In this document: positions 26,501 to 40,300 of the stretch, one piece after another
Position numbering within the stretch: position 1 is the first letter of the stretch
Layout: every line of letters starts with the position of its first letter
Assembly (NCBI GenBank): GCA_030704615.1
Contig: CM060731.1
Coordinates: forward strand, 77,004,001-77,068,000
Direction of reading: 5' to 3'
DNA length: 64,000 nt
From: Takakia lepidozioides
Taxonomy: Eukaryota > Plantae > Bryophyta
The notes under the pieces: generated by a model
The model's input: the letters and a program-made list of their open reading frames with translations, nothing else
What the model was told of the DNA's origin: nothing
Database searches by the model: none
Program-made: the position numbers and the translations under genes

Positions 26501-29500
26501 TGAGGTGTACCGTGTCCGTGATCCAAAGGAAGCTCTGAAAAAGGCAAAGAGGAGGAAGAAGAGGAAACGGGAGAAAGCATCAAAAGCTGCCAGGGGGGTG
26601 GATGAGAAAAGGGCGGGGGATGTGACCGGGGATGCTAAACCACAAGAGGATCAGATTGATGGTGCTGAAGACATCTCAGCTGAAGATGAGTTCCAGCTGT
26701 TGCAGATTGTAAGGCTAAAACAGAAAATAGGCTCCTTTGCTTTCTCTCCTGCTCAGCCCAAGAAAGGGGTTGTTGCCACAATTGGCCTCTCCCTTCAAAA
26801 TAACAGTCTGGAGGTATACGAGCTCCAAGAGCAGGCGTCATCACGTACCCACTCAATTGAGCTTCCTGGACACCGCTCTGACATTCGCGTGGCAGCCCTG
26901 AGTTCTGATAGCACTCTTCTCATGACTGCGAGCCATAATGCAGTCAAGGTATGGAACCCGCAGTCTGGTGTGTGCCTGCATACTGTAGAGTCAGGTTATG
27001 GGCTTTGTGGCATTATTGTGCCGGGAAACCGACAAGCCATTCTGGGGACAAAAAGTGGTGCTCTCGAGATCTTTGATATTGCAGCTGCCGAGCGCATCCA
27101 CGTGGTGGAGGCCCATGGTGGTGCTGTGTGGTCAGTGGCACCTCTGCCTGATGGTTCAGGTTTTATTAGTGGGAGTGCAGACCACGATGTTAAGTTTTGG
27201 CAATATGAACTTCTTCAAGAGACTGATAAGGTGGATCATCTCTCTATATATTTTCAATTGTGCTTTGAGACAACATTCTTCTTGGTTGCCTTGTTGCATC
27301 TATTTCCCTGTGACTTGATTTAATGGTTTGTTCTGTCTTCAGCTGTACTTTTCTTGCATCTTCTATTATTATCCTTGAAAGTTCTTCTTTACTGTGGATG
27401 TGGGGTTCTTTGGTTACCTCTCAAATAGTTGTTTACTATGCTCACATAGATATGTTGCATTTGTGTTATGGAAGTTCTCTAAACATGCAAAAGGGCCATG
27501 AAAAGTTTCAGGTAACCTTGGCCCACTCTTTGCTGGGTTGGGGTTGACAGGCAAGCAAGAAGTTGAGCATCCGCAACACTCGCACATTGCAAATGGCAGA
27601 TGACGTGCTATCTGTTTGCCTCAGCCCTGATGCGAAGTATGTGGCAGTTGCTCTTCTTGACTCCACAATCAAGGTATCTCAATGTATGAGGACTGAAAGC
27701 TCTACTGTGGTCTTAGGTAGAACTTTTTCGCCTGCTACTTGGGCTTCACATCTAAGGATGTCTGTTGCTTCTGTAGCCTTAAGAGGTCCAGTGAATAATC
27801 TGGATTACCCCTGTATATCTAACTATTAGCAAACTTCCCATTCTCGACTGGCTAACCTGAATTTTTGCAAGGGTTCAATGAAGGGATTTCAAATATGCTA
27901 GTTCACTGAACAAAACCCTTCAAACTGCAGAATTACCAGGAACTGATACGTCCTCCTGGGCATGGACCTCTAATACTGTATGATCTTGTTTTCTACATTT
28001 AACAATGTAAGTGGCCAAAGGCATTTGTCATGTCCAAGGTGCTGAGATGAAGGCTTTGCCTGATGGCAATAGCTGTAGTGTCAGGAATCTACAGGCATCC
28101 TTAGTTGCATTCCTAAGTGTTTCATCGGGCTGTGTCAAGAGCAGGTATTCTTTGCCGACTCGTTGAAATTTTTTGTTTCACTTTATGGGCACAAGCTGCC
28201 TGTCTTGTCCATGGACATATCATCAGATGGGGCTTTGCTGGCCAGTGGATCTTCTGACAAGAATGTGAAGATTTGGGGCATGGATTTTGGTGACTGCCAT
28301 AAATCACTCTTTGCACATTCTGACAGGTAAAAATTACTGTCACTCTCTATCTCTTTCTTGTGTACTTCTACCAACACTATTTGATAAATGCTTGTTCAAT
28401 TGACGTCCTTAACACTTGGAGGTTTTTTTTGTTTAATGTATCTGTCTTTGCATGCTGCATGCCGGTGCTGCTGATACAACCTGAGATTTTGCACCTATAT
28501 CATGCCTTCAAGGCTCTTTTTTATTTGACTCAATTAATCAAACATGGTTCTTTCACATTGTGTTTGGGCAGTGTGGTGGCCGTCCTGTTCGTGCAAAAGA
28601 CACACTACATGTTCACTGCAGGAAAGGATGGGCTGGTGAAGTATTGGGATGCTGATAAGTTTGAGTTGCTGCTGACGCTGGAGGGTCACCATTCAGAAGT
28701 CTGGTGCCTTGCTGTCAGTTTGCTTGGAGACTTCCTTGTCACTGGCTCTCATGACCGCTCTATTCGTCGCTGGGACCGCACTGATGAGCCCTTCTTCATT
28801 GAGGTGGGCTCTATTACTTGGACTTGAAGCCTTTCTATTGTTCGGGCAGGATTCTCTTTTCAGTGGCAAGCCAGACATACTGCAGATAGAGATTGCAGGA
28901 CACAAGACGCGTGTCAGTTTCTTGCATTCCAGTCCATCAATGTAGTACTGCATAAGCCATACGTAAGTGTAGTAGAGGTAACACAAGGCGTGTCTGAACT
29001 GTTCTTAAGTGGGGGATTTGCAGGAGGAGAGAGAAAAGAGGCTGGAGACTATGTTTGAGGCTGGCCTTGATGAGAGCCGGCAGCAGAGCACGGGGGATGT
29101 GGGCGGCCGAGGCACTCAGGAAACTGTAACTGCTGCAGACTCCATTATTGAGGCACTGGACATGGCTGAGTCTGAAGTTGAACGTCTTCACCTACACAAG
29201 GTAGGGAATCTTTTGTCTTACCTAATGTTAGGTCTGGCTATGTGTCCATGGCCGTCTAAGCTTCACATATTTGGTGCTTTCAGTGTCTTGGGAAGGATAA
29301 TACTGGTTGAGTGACAAGGAAAGCTTCCTGTTGGTATTCAGAAAGGCCCAAATCAGATATTCATGAATGTATCAGATGAAGGATTTGTGACAATTCGGCT
29401 GGCTGGTTCATGGCAAGATCTTGTATCATTTGCAGATGGAGAAAACAAGCAATGGAAAATCAGTCTTCCAGCCAAATGTACTCATGCAGGAACTCTCTCC

Positions 29501-30932
29501 CTCCACTTATGTTCTACGTGCGATTGCGTCTGTCCGACCAAGTGACCTGGAACAAGCCCTCCTGGTATGCATATGCTGGTCTCTCACTACATGATGGCTT
29601 CTAAGGTTGTTATATCTTGGATGTGATGGAGAGTGATTTTGTAATCTGCTTTTGTTATCATTCGGGTGTCCTCTTTCAGCGGAGGTGGCATCCAAGGTTG
29701 AAGTTGGTAATAGGTTCACCTTGCAGGACCATTGATTAGTTTGATTCTTTGGTTGAACTGGATCCCATGATGCAGATGCTGCCTTTTACTGATGCGTTGA
29801 AGCTACTGGCCTATCTCGAGGATTGGATCTCTGGAGACAATGAGGTATGGAGGACCATTTTGTCCATTAGTGCTTCTGTTTACAGGAAGAGTTCCTCTTG
29901 AATGATTCTTCTGGATTTGGTCTGCAATGCTCTCAGGGAAATGGTGGTGGACAATCTGAAGATGGGAAACAAAGAAGTTAAAGTTTGTTTGAAGGCAGTA
30001 TGTAGTAGCATTTATGTCTGAGTCACGAGTAATACCCTTACACTGATCCTCTAGGGGGAAGACTGGTAACTGTGAAAGAACCTTTCCAAATTGCAGGTGG
30101 AAGTGGCGTCCCGGGTGGCGACGTCGCTACTCCGGATCCACCACCAACAGCTCACTGCAACTGCATCTGCTCGCTCAACCTTGACCTCCCTCCATTTGGT
30201 CCTACACGCTGGAGTACAGGTGGGTTTGACTTCGCCACTTCCCTGTTCTGGATGCAGAGGAATAGCCTAGACATGTCATGTTGTCATGCTGATGTTTCAT
30301 CAAGTTGCTTTGTTTGTGGCAGATAGTCTTGATAGAACTTCTGATAGGGGATATGTGCTAGTCCATTATGTTGATTTGTCCTCGTATGTATTGAACATTG
30401 GTCGCAGCGGTTGAAGGATACCCTTGGTTTCAATTTAGCAGCAATGGGGCACATACAGGTATGTCACTATTGCATTTGTAGGATTTCATCTGTTATGGAC
30501 ATGTAGTGTACATGTATGTGTCATCTTGTCATACATATTGGGTTTGCAATCTTCCATCCAGCAGGTGTGAAGTGTGAACTGCAAACAAAACCAGAGTTCA
30601 CGATGTTGAGTGATATACCCTGGCCAGTAGCTGCGGTTCTCAATTGCTAAAAATATTAGTGATGTCATTTCTAGTATACAGAGAGGCAGGTGGCCTCTCA
30701 GTTTACTTGTTTGTTAGGTTGTTGAAGATGCCATTTGGTTGGGCTCTTAGCTTGTGGTAAATTAGGAACTTACACTGGGTGTGGAGGGCAGCATTTGCTG
30801 GAGACGCGCTCAGATGCAATGTTCAAGGATGCTGGGATAAAACTGCTGGATATCAGAGCTAAACTGGCCAAGAGGAGAGAGGATGCCAGGCCTAAGAAGC
30901 GGCAAAAACCTCAAATTGCTGCCTCTACATAA
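23562..30932 (+). CDS. UTP12: WD40 SSU-processome subunit UTP12/DIP2/WDR3, 942 aa, 13 exons
   Basis: Exons 23562-23798, 24984-25199, 25933-26148, 26298-27230, 27551-27673, 28145-28326, 28572-28803, 29024-29200, 29436-29564, 29776-29844, 30097-30219, 30408-30458 and 30792-30932 splice in frame. Signature motifs [69 protein letters not shown] and [11 protein letters not shown] are present. Confidence 0.95.
23832..23866. repeat. (GA)n microsatellite in UTP12 intron 1
   Basis: agagagagagagagagagtgagagagagagagaga. Confidence 0.9.
24287..24447. repeat. Two-copy ~80-bp tandem duplication in UTP12 intron 1
   Basis: ggttta..ggttttgggcatgttagctatatc..ggatc..tgat.tcctgagagttactgtgtgatgc..cagtggaag occurs twice. 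Confidence 0.85.
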
Positions 30933-32277
30933 TTCTTGGTTCTTTATAGCGTTACAATGGCATGTAAAAGCCCGGCTGGTTTGCTTATGAGTGGTCAATG
31001 AGAACTTCCAATGTTCTAGCTTGAGCAGGAAATTGATTGTAATTCATCCTAAATCTTCGCAATTTGAAGCCAAAAAAGGAAATGTTTTGCAAAGTAGCAG
31101 ACAAATGAGGGACTGGATGTGGAGGCCCTTGGGCTGCCTGTCCATACGATCACCCACATTGGCCGACTTATTCATTCTGTAATATGACTCCATCTCTGCA
31201 TATCATTCTCTGTTTCTATCTTGTTCCTGCCACACGTTTGAGCATTTTGTTGTGGCTTTCAGTTCGTAAATCAAGTTCTGTACTGCTGCAGATAATCCAG
31301 ACATGTCTGTGTCATTTTACGCTTCATCACACAACGATAGGACTTGAGCACCTTTGATGTACCTCCTACACTTGCAATGTATGATGAATGCATGCCAAGT
31401 CGGTAAACACATGTTAACATATTCCATGGGCATTAAAGAGCCCAGCTGGTTTCATGTTGTTCATAACAGTTTGCAGACTATAAGCGAGTTCCAACTGCTG
31501 CAGCACTCTGCAAGCTCAAGCATGGCCTCTGGGTGTTTACAATCTTATGTGCCAGCAAAACTGGAAGACTTGTTTCAACATCCAAATACTTGAAGGTTTC
31601 AGAAGGTCTTCTCTTTTCCTATCTATTGCCAAAGATACTTTGAAAGTCTATATAGCCCAACATACTTTCAGTCTGCATCCATGGTATGTGCATCTGGCAA
31701 CAAATTTATAACACCAGAGATGTTAGAGCACCAAGCACTCCAGGACTGCGGAGCTTGCAGAGATATAAGGCATGGTTGCATGGGCTCCATCACAGAAGGA
31801 AAACACTGCTCAGTAAACGACGTGTGGGTAACGAACGATTCGCGGAGACGACCGTCGGTCGGAGGCGTTATCACCACGTGGTCTCCAACATGACCCACAG
31901 AGAATTTGTGGGCTGGATTCACAAGCTGGAATCTGCTTTTTGCCTCTGCTCTCACTCTACTTACTAGGATCCAGGCCAGTCCAATGCTGCAGAGAAAGGT
32001 CCTGCATTTTGCAGATTAGTGTGAGGGATAGGGTGCGGAGAAACATCTATCTGTGCATCTAGGCAGGCATGGCCTGGTAGCTGGATCCCTTTGCAATGCG
32101 TAGCAGCCCGTCATGGTGGTCCTTGATGCACAGCGACTGTTGTGTAACTGCTGTTGGGGTGGGAGCATGTAGATGCGACACAGTGTTTGTACTGTCGTGC
32201 AAGCATGAAATGAAATGATTCTGTGACCTTCTGTATGCTGTGGGTTGGACGCTTGCTGGAACCTCGGCAGAAGGAAG

Positions 32278-34846
32278 ATGGCTGCGTCAGTTGTGGTCAT
32301 CCCGCAATGCACCTTACTTAGTTTTAGATCGCAAGTCATTGTAGGTTGCAAGTATAATCATGGGAAGATGTGTACCAGGAGAAAGTTCTTATTGTCAAGG
32401 GTGCTAGCCCCGGAAAGGGTGTCACTGTGTGAGCAGTTCGTCTTGTACCAATCGCATAAGCAAAAAGTAGGGTACTCAAGCGAATTGTCAATTATGGCTG
32501 TCCTTGGGGAAGGAACTCCTGACGATGACGAGAATGGTACCGATGACAACTCTTCACCCAACAGCAGTTCAAATGATGTGAGCACGCCTTTTGCTTCACT
32601 AGGAATACTAGTCTTCCTTCACCTCATTTTTACCAGTATCGTTGTAGATTCAAGGTGGAACGTGCAAGTGGTATCGAGACAATTCTACGTGTGTTCTGTC
32701 ATTCATAAGCTGGTCGCGTCACTAGATTTTCACGGTTGCTCAAGATTTGGCTTTCAAAAGAATAAATCTTATTTGCATTTGTGTTGTGCAGATTGACGCT
32801 GAGTTGTTTCGTGACAAGATGCAAAGAATGTTAGATAGTGACGATGCGACATTCGGTGGAAAAGATTTGGCTACTCTTATAAGAAAGAAGTACGGGAGAT
32901 CGTACGATGTGCAGCTAGTAAAGAAGGCGAATCCTCCACCCCATTTCGTTGCTCAGTGAATTTTTATAAAGTTGCGATTTGGAAAATGAAGGTCTGTGAA
33001 ACGTTGTTCTACTTGTGGTGTCAATTGGGGTGTGTCAGAGATATTAACTATTTAGGATGCAACATGGAATCAAGATGATACTGTATGTCTAGGAGCCATC
33101 TGCAAGATATTATCTTGGGACAGAAGAGTAACAGGGTGTTACTTCTTGCCGAGAGTGGGTGACTGGATGGACTGAAAAGCTGGTGTAGCCAATTAAGCAG
33201 CCATGCAGGATTGTCTGTGTACTTTTACCGACAAGGTCAGGGACCAGACAATTTGAAGCAGTAAATCTCTTAATTTCTACATCAATGAGATATTTAGAGT
33301 GTACAGGGTAAAGGTATGTTGAAGTTTTCAGTGGTCTTTGAGAAAAACAATATGAAGGTGCAATCGACACTGAGAGATAGAAGTAAATAACTGCCCCACA
33401 GCCATTTACCCCATGCTAGGTCTGGTCCAAGCTGCCATGAGGCTGGTTGGACCCAAGCCTCGAGGCTATGTAGACCAATATCAATCACAAATTCTAAGAC
33501 ATACATGCCAAAGCTTTGTGCAGGAGTTCCTTGGCCGCCAGCTACTAGCTATGAATGTCATGTGGAAGTATCGGGAGCAGGTATGGTGCCTACCGCCAGT
33601 GGCTGTACACTATAACCTCCTTCGCTTAGAAGCTTATTAAGGTTGGGAGGAGAGTGTGGTCCAATCAGTGTCAAGGTGGAACTTAAGATGATAGGCTGGT
33701 TGAATCTGCACTTGATAGGAATCCCCCATAGTAACTCAGACGTGTAGGAAGGTCTGAGGTATTTTCACATTTGCTGTAGAAGACTTATGGCTGTTGGGCT
33801 GGATGCTTTGACCTCAGCGATCATTCCCATTGACGGAGGAAGAATATTTGCTACATTTGGATGGAGTTGCTAGTGCTTTGAAAGGTTGGGGAGCTGTCTC
33901 ATATGTCCAAAGTACTCTGGCAAAGACCAAAGAAAGACCCCGCATAGGCAAGGTATGTTTGGCTTCACATCTCCAGCATACTCCAGATGAAAAAACATAT
34001 TTCTGTCAATGTACACTGTACTGTTAGCATCTAAATTCAGGCGATGTGAGGAAGCCCAGAGAAAAAAAGTGTGATCAATCTGCACCAATAGAATCACAAG
34101 TTGGTTGTGAGAATAGAGGTGATACATCAGGATGTGATCTTTCCTGAAGATCAGCAACTGCAATAACTCGGAATCGAAAATCCGGAAGAGGTGAACGATG
34201 ATTCGCAAACGTCATTTGTCATGGTCAGAAACTGCTAGAAGAGAGGCTTCAAGGAGAGGGGATGAGGAAAGGTGAATCCATTTTGCCTTCTTAAAAATGC
34301 ACAACCAGTCAATAATTACTTGTTCAACATCACAATTAGCCTTGAATCAGCTGGTGCACCATATTGATCCTGGCTTTGCATCCGATAGGGGTAAAGGTTT
34401 GTGGTAGGGAGGATAGGGACACCTATGGCTTCAAATGTTACATCATCAAGAAGCTGCCACTTGCTCAAGTATACACCCACCACTGAATAGTTTTGCATCT
34501 GCTTCAGGGAAGATCTCTCCTCTCTTCCCCTTTTTTTCTTAATGTCCAATCTGATGTTCTTGCCACAAGGAGACAGCAAATGTGGCAATTAGCACATTCT
34601 CTCCAATAGAGACTAAGAAAGTCAGTGCTTTTGCTGTTGGGTTTTCTCTCTCTTTTTTCCTACCTTATGCTTGGTTTCCTCCTTTGTGATCGAACATCTT
34701 TCATGTGAAGTATTCAGTTAACCATATATTCTTTGGCTCTATTGCCACAATCTCAGTAGGTTTGTGGCCCTTGGTCGCAGGCGGTGAGCATTTTTATTGA
34801 CCTTGATCAATCTGGTGGGCGTGCAAATGAGTGGATAAGCAAGTGA
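32278..34846 (+). CDS. DUF3067-family protein with putative plastid transit peptide, 230 aa, 5 exons
   Basis: Exons 32278-32577, 32792-32926 (GC donor), 33524-33580, 33818-33952 and 34781-34846. Motifs KKYGRSYDVQLVKK, LAMNVMWKYREQRSFPLTEEEYL, WG..V and KERPRIGKAVSIFID are present. Confidence 0.9.
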
Positions 34847-35351
34847 AGGGATGCATTCTTGGTGCGCAGCTTTGTTGGAGTAAAACACATGGATCGATAC
34901 TCTGTCTTCTCCTCTCCTGGGCATGTACTAGAGCCAGCCATTCGAACGGCTGATATTCTACTTAGCCAGTGATCTCGGTGGACTTGATCTGCGCTGACTT
35001 CCGGTCTCGGTTGTCAGAGAACTCATTCAGCTTTAATATCCTGTTCATATCCCAGGAAATGTACCACAGAAGCCCTATCTTGCTTGTGGAACTCACTGGA
35101 GTCTTGCCCAATCTGAAGTGAGAGAAAACCCAACAGCAAAAGCACTGACTTTCTTAGTCTCTATTGGAGAGGATGTGCTAATTGTCACATTTGCTGTCTC
35201 CATATGGCAAGAACATCAGATTGGACATATTAAGAAAAAAAGGGGAAGAGAGGAGAGATCTTCCCTGAAGCAGATGCAAAATTATTCCGGGATACTTGAG
35301 CAAGTGGCAGCTGATTTGAAGCCATAGGTGTACCTATCCCCTATCGGATGC
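34377..35351. repeat. Long inverted repeat (arms ~34377-34650 and ~35120-35351) flanking the last DUF3067 exon
   Basis: The arms are reverse complements over ~200+ bp, e.g. gcatctgcttcagggaagatctctcctctcttcccc versus ggggaagagaggagagatcttccctgaagcagatgc. Confidence 0.9.
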
Positions 35352-36094
35352 GTTGACACAGTACTTATTTTTCTGCCATGCTTAATGAAAACAGCCTCAA
35401 AGGGGTTCGAAAAGCATCTCCTGGATAATCAATTAAGTAACTCCGAACACTAACCTTATTTTCTCTTGTATATCTGAAATGGTTCAACTTCAGGGAGTAG
35501 AGTTACCCTCAATGCCACAAAGGCTGATAACCACTCACCAAGTGACAGGCCTCGTATAAGAGGAACACAAAATGCCAAGGTTTGGAGGCTCGAAAGTTTG
35601 TTAAGGGCCTGCAATGACTTGGGAACCAACCTGTATGTAAGCCTGGGATTCACAATCAAAGCAGAAATCATCACAGGGACAATGACGTGTAAGGATACAA
35701 ATATTCGAACTGTATTCTTGAATCTCTACAACAGCCCTTCCTCAATTGAGTCTCTTCCGATTATGCATCCTGCTTTCAAAAGCTTCAACCATAACCATGC
35801 CTGCCACACAGCTCAGTTCTCTAACACATAAACCCACAAAATGGCCTCCTTAGTTCGAAATAGGGTGTCAAATGAAAGAGCCTCCTCATGGCAAATGAAC
35901 CACACAGGGGACAAAGGCCCAACCAAGTGTGTGATAAAACAACTGTGTAAGGTGGGAGGAGCGAGGTTCTTCAGCACAGTACTGAGCATGCACACTCAAT
36001 TGAAGAAGCTGTCATGGAAACCCCAAGAACAACGTGAGATGATCCAAAGACCTTGGCTACAGTATGTCTTACAGGGTGTACAACAAACACACTT

Positions 36095-36950
36095 GTAACA
36101 ATCCGCGATCTACTATGGGATCCAGGGGAGTGCGGTGGCAAGGATTTTTTGGAGTTCTGGCATGTGGATTTTTGGCTATACAGCACGGCTGGGCTATAAA
36201 ATTGGTTTGAAGGCTCAAGAAAGTCAGGCAAGGGCTTCAGAGGGTCTGATAAACCAGGGATTCAACCAACAAGAGAGGTTTCGATTTGGTGCCCCAAATT
36301 TTCCACTTTCCTTTGGCTTACTTTGAGTGGTACCGGGCTTCCAACAGGGAAGTGGAGTGAGAGGATGGGGCACTCCTCACTTTGTCGTGTTTGTCGTCTG
36401 GGATTGCTAAGGCACTGCCTTTGGGAGAGTGAGTTTGCGAAACAGGCTTGGGCCGCTTTAGACAAACTTGCATAGCGGTTGGGTTCGGGCCCTTCCTGTA
36501 CGATCAATGCCATTCAGCCCTTCTTGGGCATATTTCGAGGATTGGGATGTGGCTAGAGTGAGAGGCAGGAGAGATCCGTGGGACAATCTTAGATCCAACC
36601 TTCTTTGGAATCTTTGGCGCTGTGCTAGATGTAAGAATATCATTGACCAGTGACGGTAGTTATTCTCTGAAGTCGTCACGTTTTGCATAAAGCTTGGATG
36701 AACACTATTAGTGCTGGTCAGGCACAGTGGTCTCATTTGGTGAGCCATGCTGCCAGCAGGAGTTTCGAGGCTCAAGCTACCTTGGAACAAGAGTTCATTG
36801 TCTGTTGGACCTATCAGAATCTCTTTTGCACTTTGGATAAATGGGAAAAATTGGCATGTCCTCCTACTTGTTTTCTTCCTCGGAGGGTTCTTGGTTCTGT
36901 TGAGTGAATCTCTTCCTTTCCCCTGCGGGGCAAACTAAGAAAAAAGAATC
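36095..36950 (+). mobile_element. 5'-truncated degenerate non-LTR (L1-like) retrotransposon 3' end
   Basis: zf-RVT-like PKFSTFLWLTL..GLPTGKW..CRVC..HCLWE..AKQAW, then WDNLRSNLLWNLW..RC, followed by an A-rich tail at ~36935-36950. Confidence 0.65.
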
Positions 36951-37373
36951 AATATACAACAATATTATAGATCAATTGTTCTAGATGTTCGTGGAGCCTT
37001 TAGGAAGCCACCCAGAGGCTTTCAAAATGAGTCTTAAGCTTCAGTTTCTCTCTTCATGTTGAGGTGTTTGTGGTGCCGATCTCGTGCCCGGAAGTCTCCA
37101 AAGTTGGAGCTGGTCCGGAGCTCCTATAGTGCCTTGTAGAGCCTTCTCCTCTCTCCAATACTCTTGTCAACCTGTTCCATTCAAGCTTGGGAGAATCGAA
37201 CGAAAGCTTCTAGGAGGTCGGATTGGAAGTGGGGGGCACTGTCATGTTTTTCAGCAGATCCGATGGAGGACTATCCGAGTCTCGAAAGCTTCGGGTCCGT
37301 ACGTGGCCGTATCGAAAGACTTAAACTCGAGGTTGAGCTTTTATGATCTCCCCGGTGGTATTGGAGCTTCTCA

Positions 37374-40300
37374 TTACAATGCTTTCGCAGACGGTGAGGG
37401 CGTTTTGGCTGAAGTGGGACATTGGTAGCAGGCTTCGAAGAACCCAAATGTGTGGATCTGCCTAGCAAAGTTGGTGAAGCTTGCCCAGCCTCCAAAACCA
37501 AAGCCAATGACAAAAGCGAAAAGGGCCACAAAGGTGCTGATGCCAAACATGGTGAACCAATTCCGGAGAATCGGCGGCGGCTTCCACACCGAGGCCTGCA
37601 AAACAGTATCACCGGGAGTATTCAGGCTCAATGAGTTAGACTTCTAAACACAACCATTCCTCGCTTTTAACTTAGCTAAGGTCCCTGCATCACTTTTAAT
37701 GCCAGGCGATGTGAGATCTATAAAACCAACCATGGCACAAAACCCTGACATGGAATCATTCGAAGCCCCAGATAGAATCCTGACCTGGTGTTGAGAGCGT
37801 TACCTTTCGAGCTTCTTCAGAGCCATACACGTAGATGAATGTGATGCTCGGAATGATGTAGACAGAAAATGAGATCATGAAGGCACCCATCATGGAGTTG
37901 ATGGGTCCAAAGAAAGGAATTGCAAGCGCCAGAAACCAGATTACCAACACAACTGGTATTCGGGCAGCCGACTTCAGCAGATAGTTTCTGGACGTGTGAA
38001 GGCCGATTGTCTTCTCCCATATATGGAATAGAGGGGTTACGTTTAGCATCAGCGCTACGTACTGCATCAAAGTCGCACTACAGAATTAGAGATGACGGCC
38101 GCAGTTGAAGGCACCGGATTAAATCAAAATGGTCATGTGCACAATACCCTAGTTATCACAAGATTTTATCGAATCTAGAGAGAGGCATTCGCTTGACAGA
38201 GATTTGAGTCTGAGGTCACAGGCACGATTGACATCGATCTGGAGCCGCTTTCTTGACGTCTTGACTGAAGTTCGAGCCCATCTATATTGTTGGGTTTCTC
38301 TGGGTCACGGCTTTAAGATCAGGTACAGCAGAGCTGCATTAATCCAGTCAGACACATGTACGTCATGAATTGTAGAATTCGCACTAGGAACGTCCGATAG
38401 AATCTCACCTGATGAGCTATCATTGCAATGATTGAAATATTGCGTGCGGTTGATGGAGGCAAGACGCTGAATGCATTCGAGTGTGTCAAGAGGTGGTCGC
38501 CATAGGCCCAGTAGACAGAAGTGGAGTCCGGGATGGTCAAGAGGTATGTGTAAGCTACCGCAGAAAAGTAAGCAAATTTGTAGTTCTTCGGCTGCCACAT
38601 GGCCTCCATGATTTCCCTGCGGGAGTGAAACTTTGCTTAGTAACATTAGTCGACCGCTCCAACCAAAGGAGAGGCAAAGGAGGAGCTGCGAGCTTAATTT
38701 CTAACTAGATCCTATCTGAACTTTGTAGCTTCCAACAGCATCGCAAGGGGATTGCCACCGACAGTCGAGTAGCAACAAGAGTTCGTTCAATGCTGGCCAG
38801 GCACTCATCACTCTCCATGACAAACGGAATACGATGCAGGGCAAAATCCTGATCTCGAGTCGATTAACACTTACACGCAGAGACCATGGCTACCGAAGGA
38901 AAAGAGAATGTTAGTGGCGCCTGCGAAGAACTGCACCATGTCATTGGGCGCTGAATGCTTTACGTTTGGAATCTGCAAGCTTCCAAAGGAATCCAATAAG
39001 TACTTAACTTGTACCTGTACTAGTACACTTTCAAACAGCACTTCAGATTTTGGGACCAAACTTGAGCAGCTCTTAGACTCCGGTACATGTTCAGGAAGTC
39101 AGCATTGATCATGTCGAGTCTATACTACATCCACCTGCTCCAAGTTTGATTTCAAGACTTTTCCTGGGCTTATAAATCGTAATCCGGTTGAACACTTGTA
39201 CTTATGTAACTAGTAGACTTTCTACCTAGGGCCCACCAATCACTTCCCCGAAGCATCCCAGTAGTGCTCACAGTAATCCAGTACTACATGTATTGTGTGT
39301 ACACAGCAGCGAATCTCTCTAGAAGTAGATACCAGGACCCGTTAATTATTAGTGAGGCCCAGAATTTAGGTGGTACCTGGCCATGTTTCAAGGCGGCTGC
39401 TGTCATGTAGGCGGAGGTCCAGCTAGTGGTGAGGATGCCAATCAAGGAAAATAATCGGAAGTTGTGGATCGTGGGTATGAGGACACAGGGCAGAGCCAGC
39501 GCACCGAAGATGTACAGCCATTGTCGCTTGTTCCATCTTGAGTCCATGTAATATACGTCACTGCAAGACTGTTCGCTTTAGCACTAGAGCTGCCCGTTTT
39601 TTTCCGACGATATAATCACCGAAGGTGCCCAAGAAGACCCAAGAACTGAAGTTCGATTGATCATATATAAACCAAAATTCCCATCACAACATTGAGGAAC
39701 CAGGAAATGCAGGGCCACCCACAGAGGCGATCAGTTGACAGTAACCATGAAAGACCTCACTGCAGTTAAACCATGGAGAGTCGGACGTCGAAGTAACCAC
39801 CTTCAGCAACGTTGAGCACCATCGTGCCTCCTCGTAGATTTGAATAACTTTCTTTTAGTTCTATCTAGACTGTTCTCGTGGATCCAAGCGCAATCACCCC
39901 ACCTCTCCCCACCCGTTGGGCTACCTCCCAAAAGCACAAGCAAAGGTACGTGGTATAGCTCATCTACCTTGAGCAGGCGATCAGTTGCAAAGTGCAACCA
40001 AACGTCAAAGCTAAGATGATGAAGATCTTGGTGACGTAATGGCCCCACTTCCCGGTCAGCCCTCCTATCACTTCATGATACTGCACCAAACAAAATCACG
40101 TGAAAACCCATGGTGCCACACCCAGAAATTCGACGAGATGCTCTTACGTTAGCAAGTTACAGTCTTCAGTTGCAATCACAAAGTCTAAGCTCTGTTCTGC
40201 AAATAAACCCTCAAACCAGGGTTCGTTGGAGTGCACTAGAAATATGTAAAATGAGAAGGTGAAAAGATGCTGAATTCTAGTCGCGTCGACGCATGGTCCT

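Noticed and set aside
31668-31967. Overlapping 70-95-aa ORFs between UTP12 and DUF3067
   Set aside because: No recognisable domain or consistent splice structure.
35400-36090. Inverted 5' part of the LINE (twin priming)
   Set aside because: I could not recognise RT or zf-RVT motifs convincingly on either strand.
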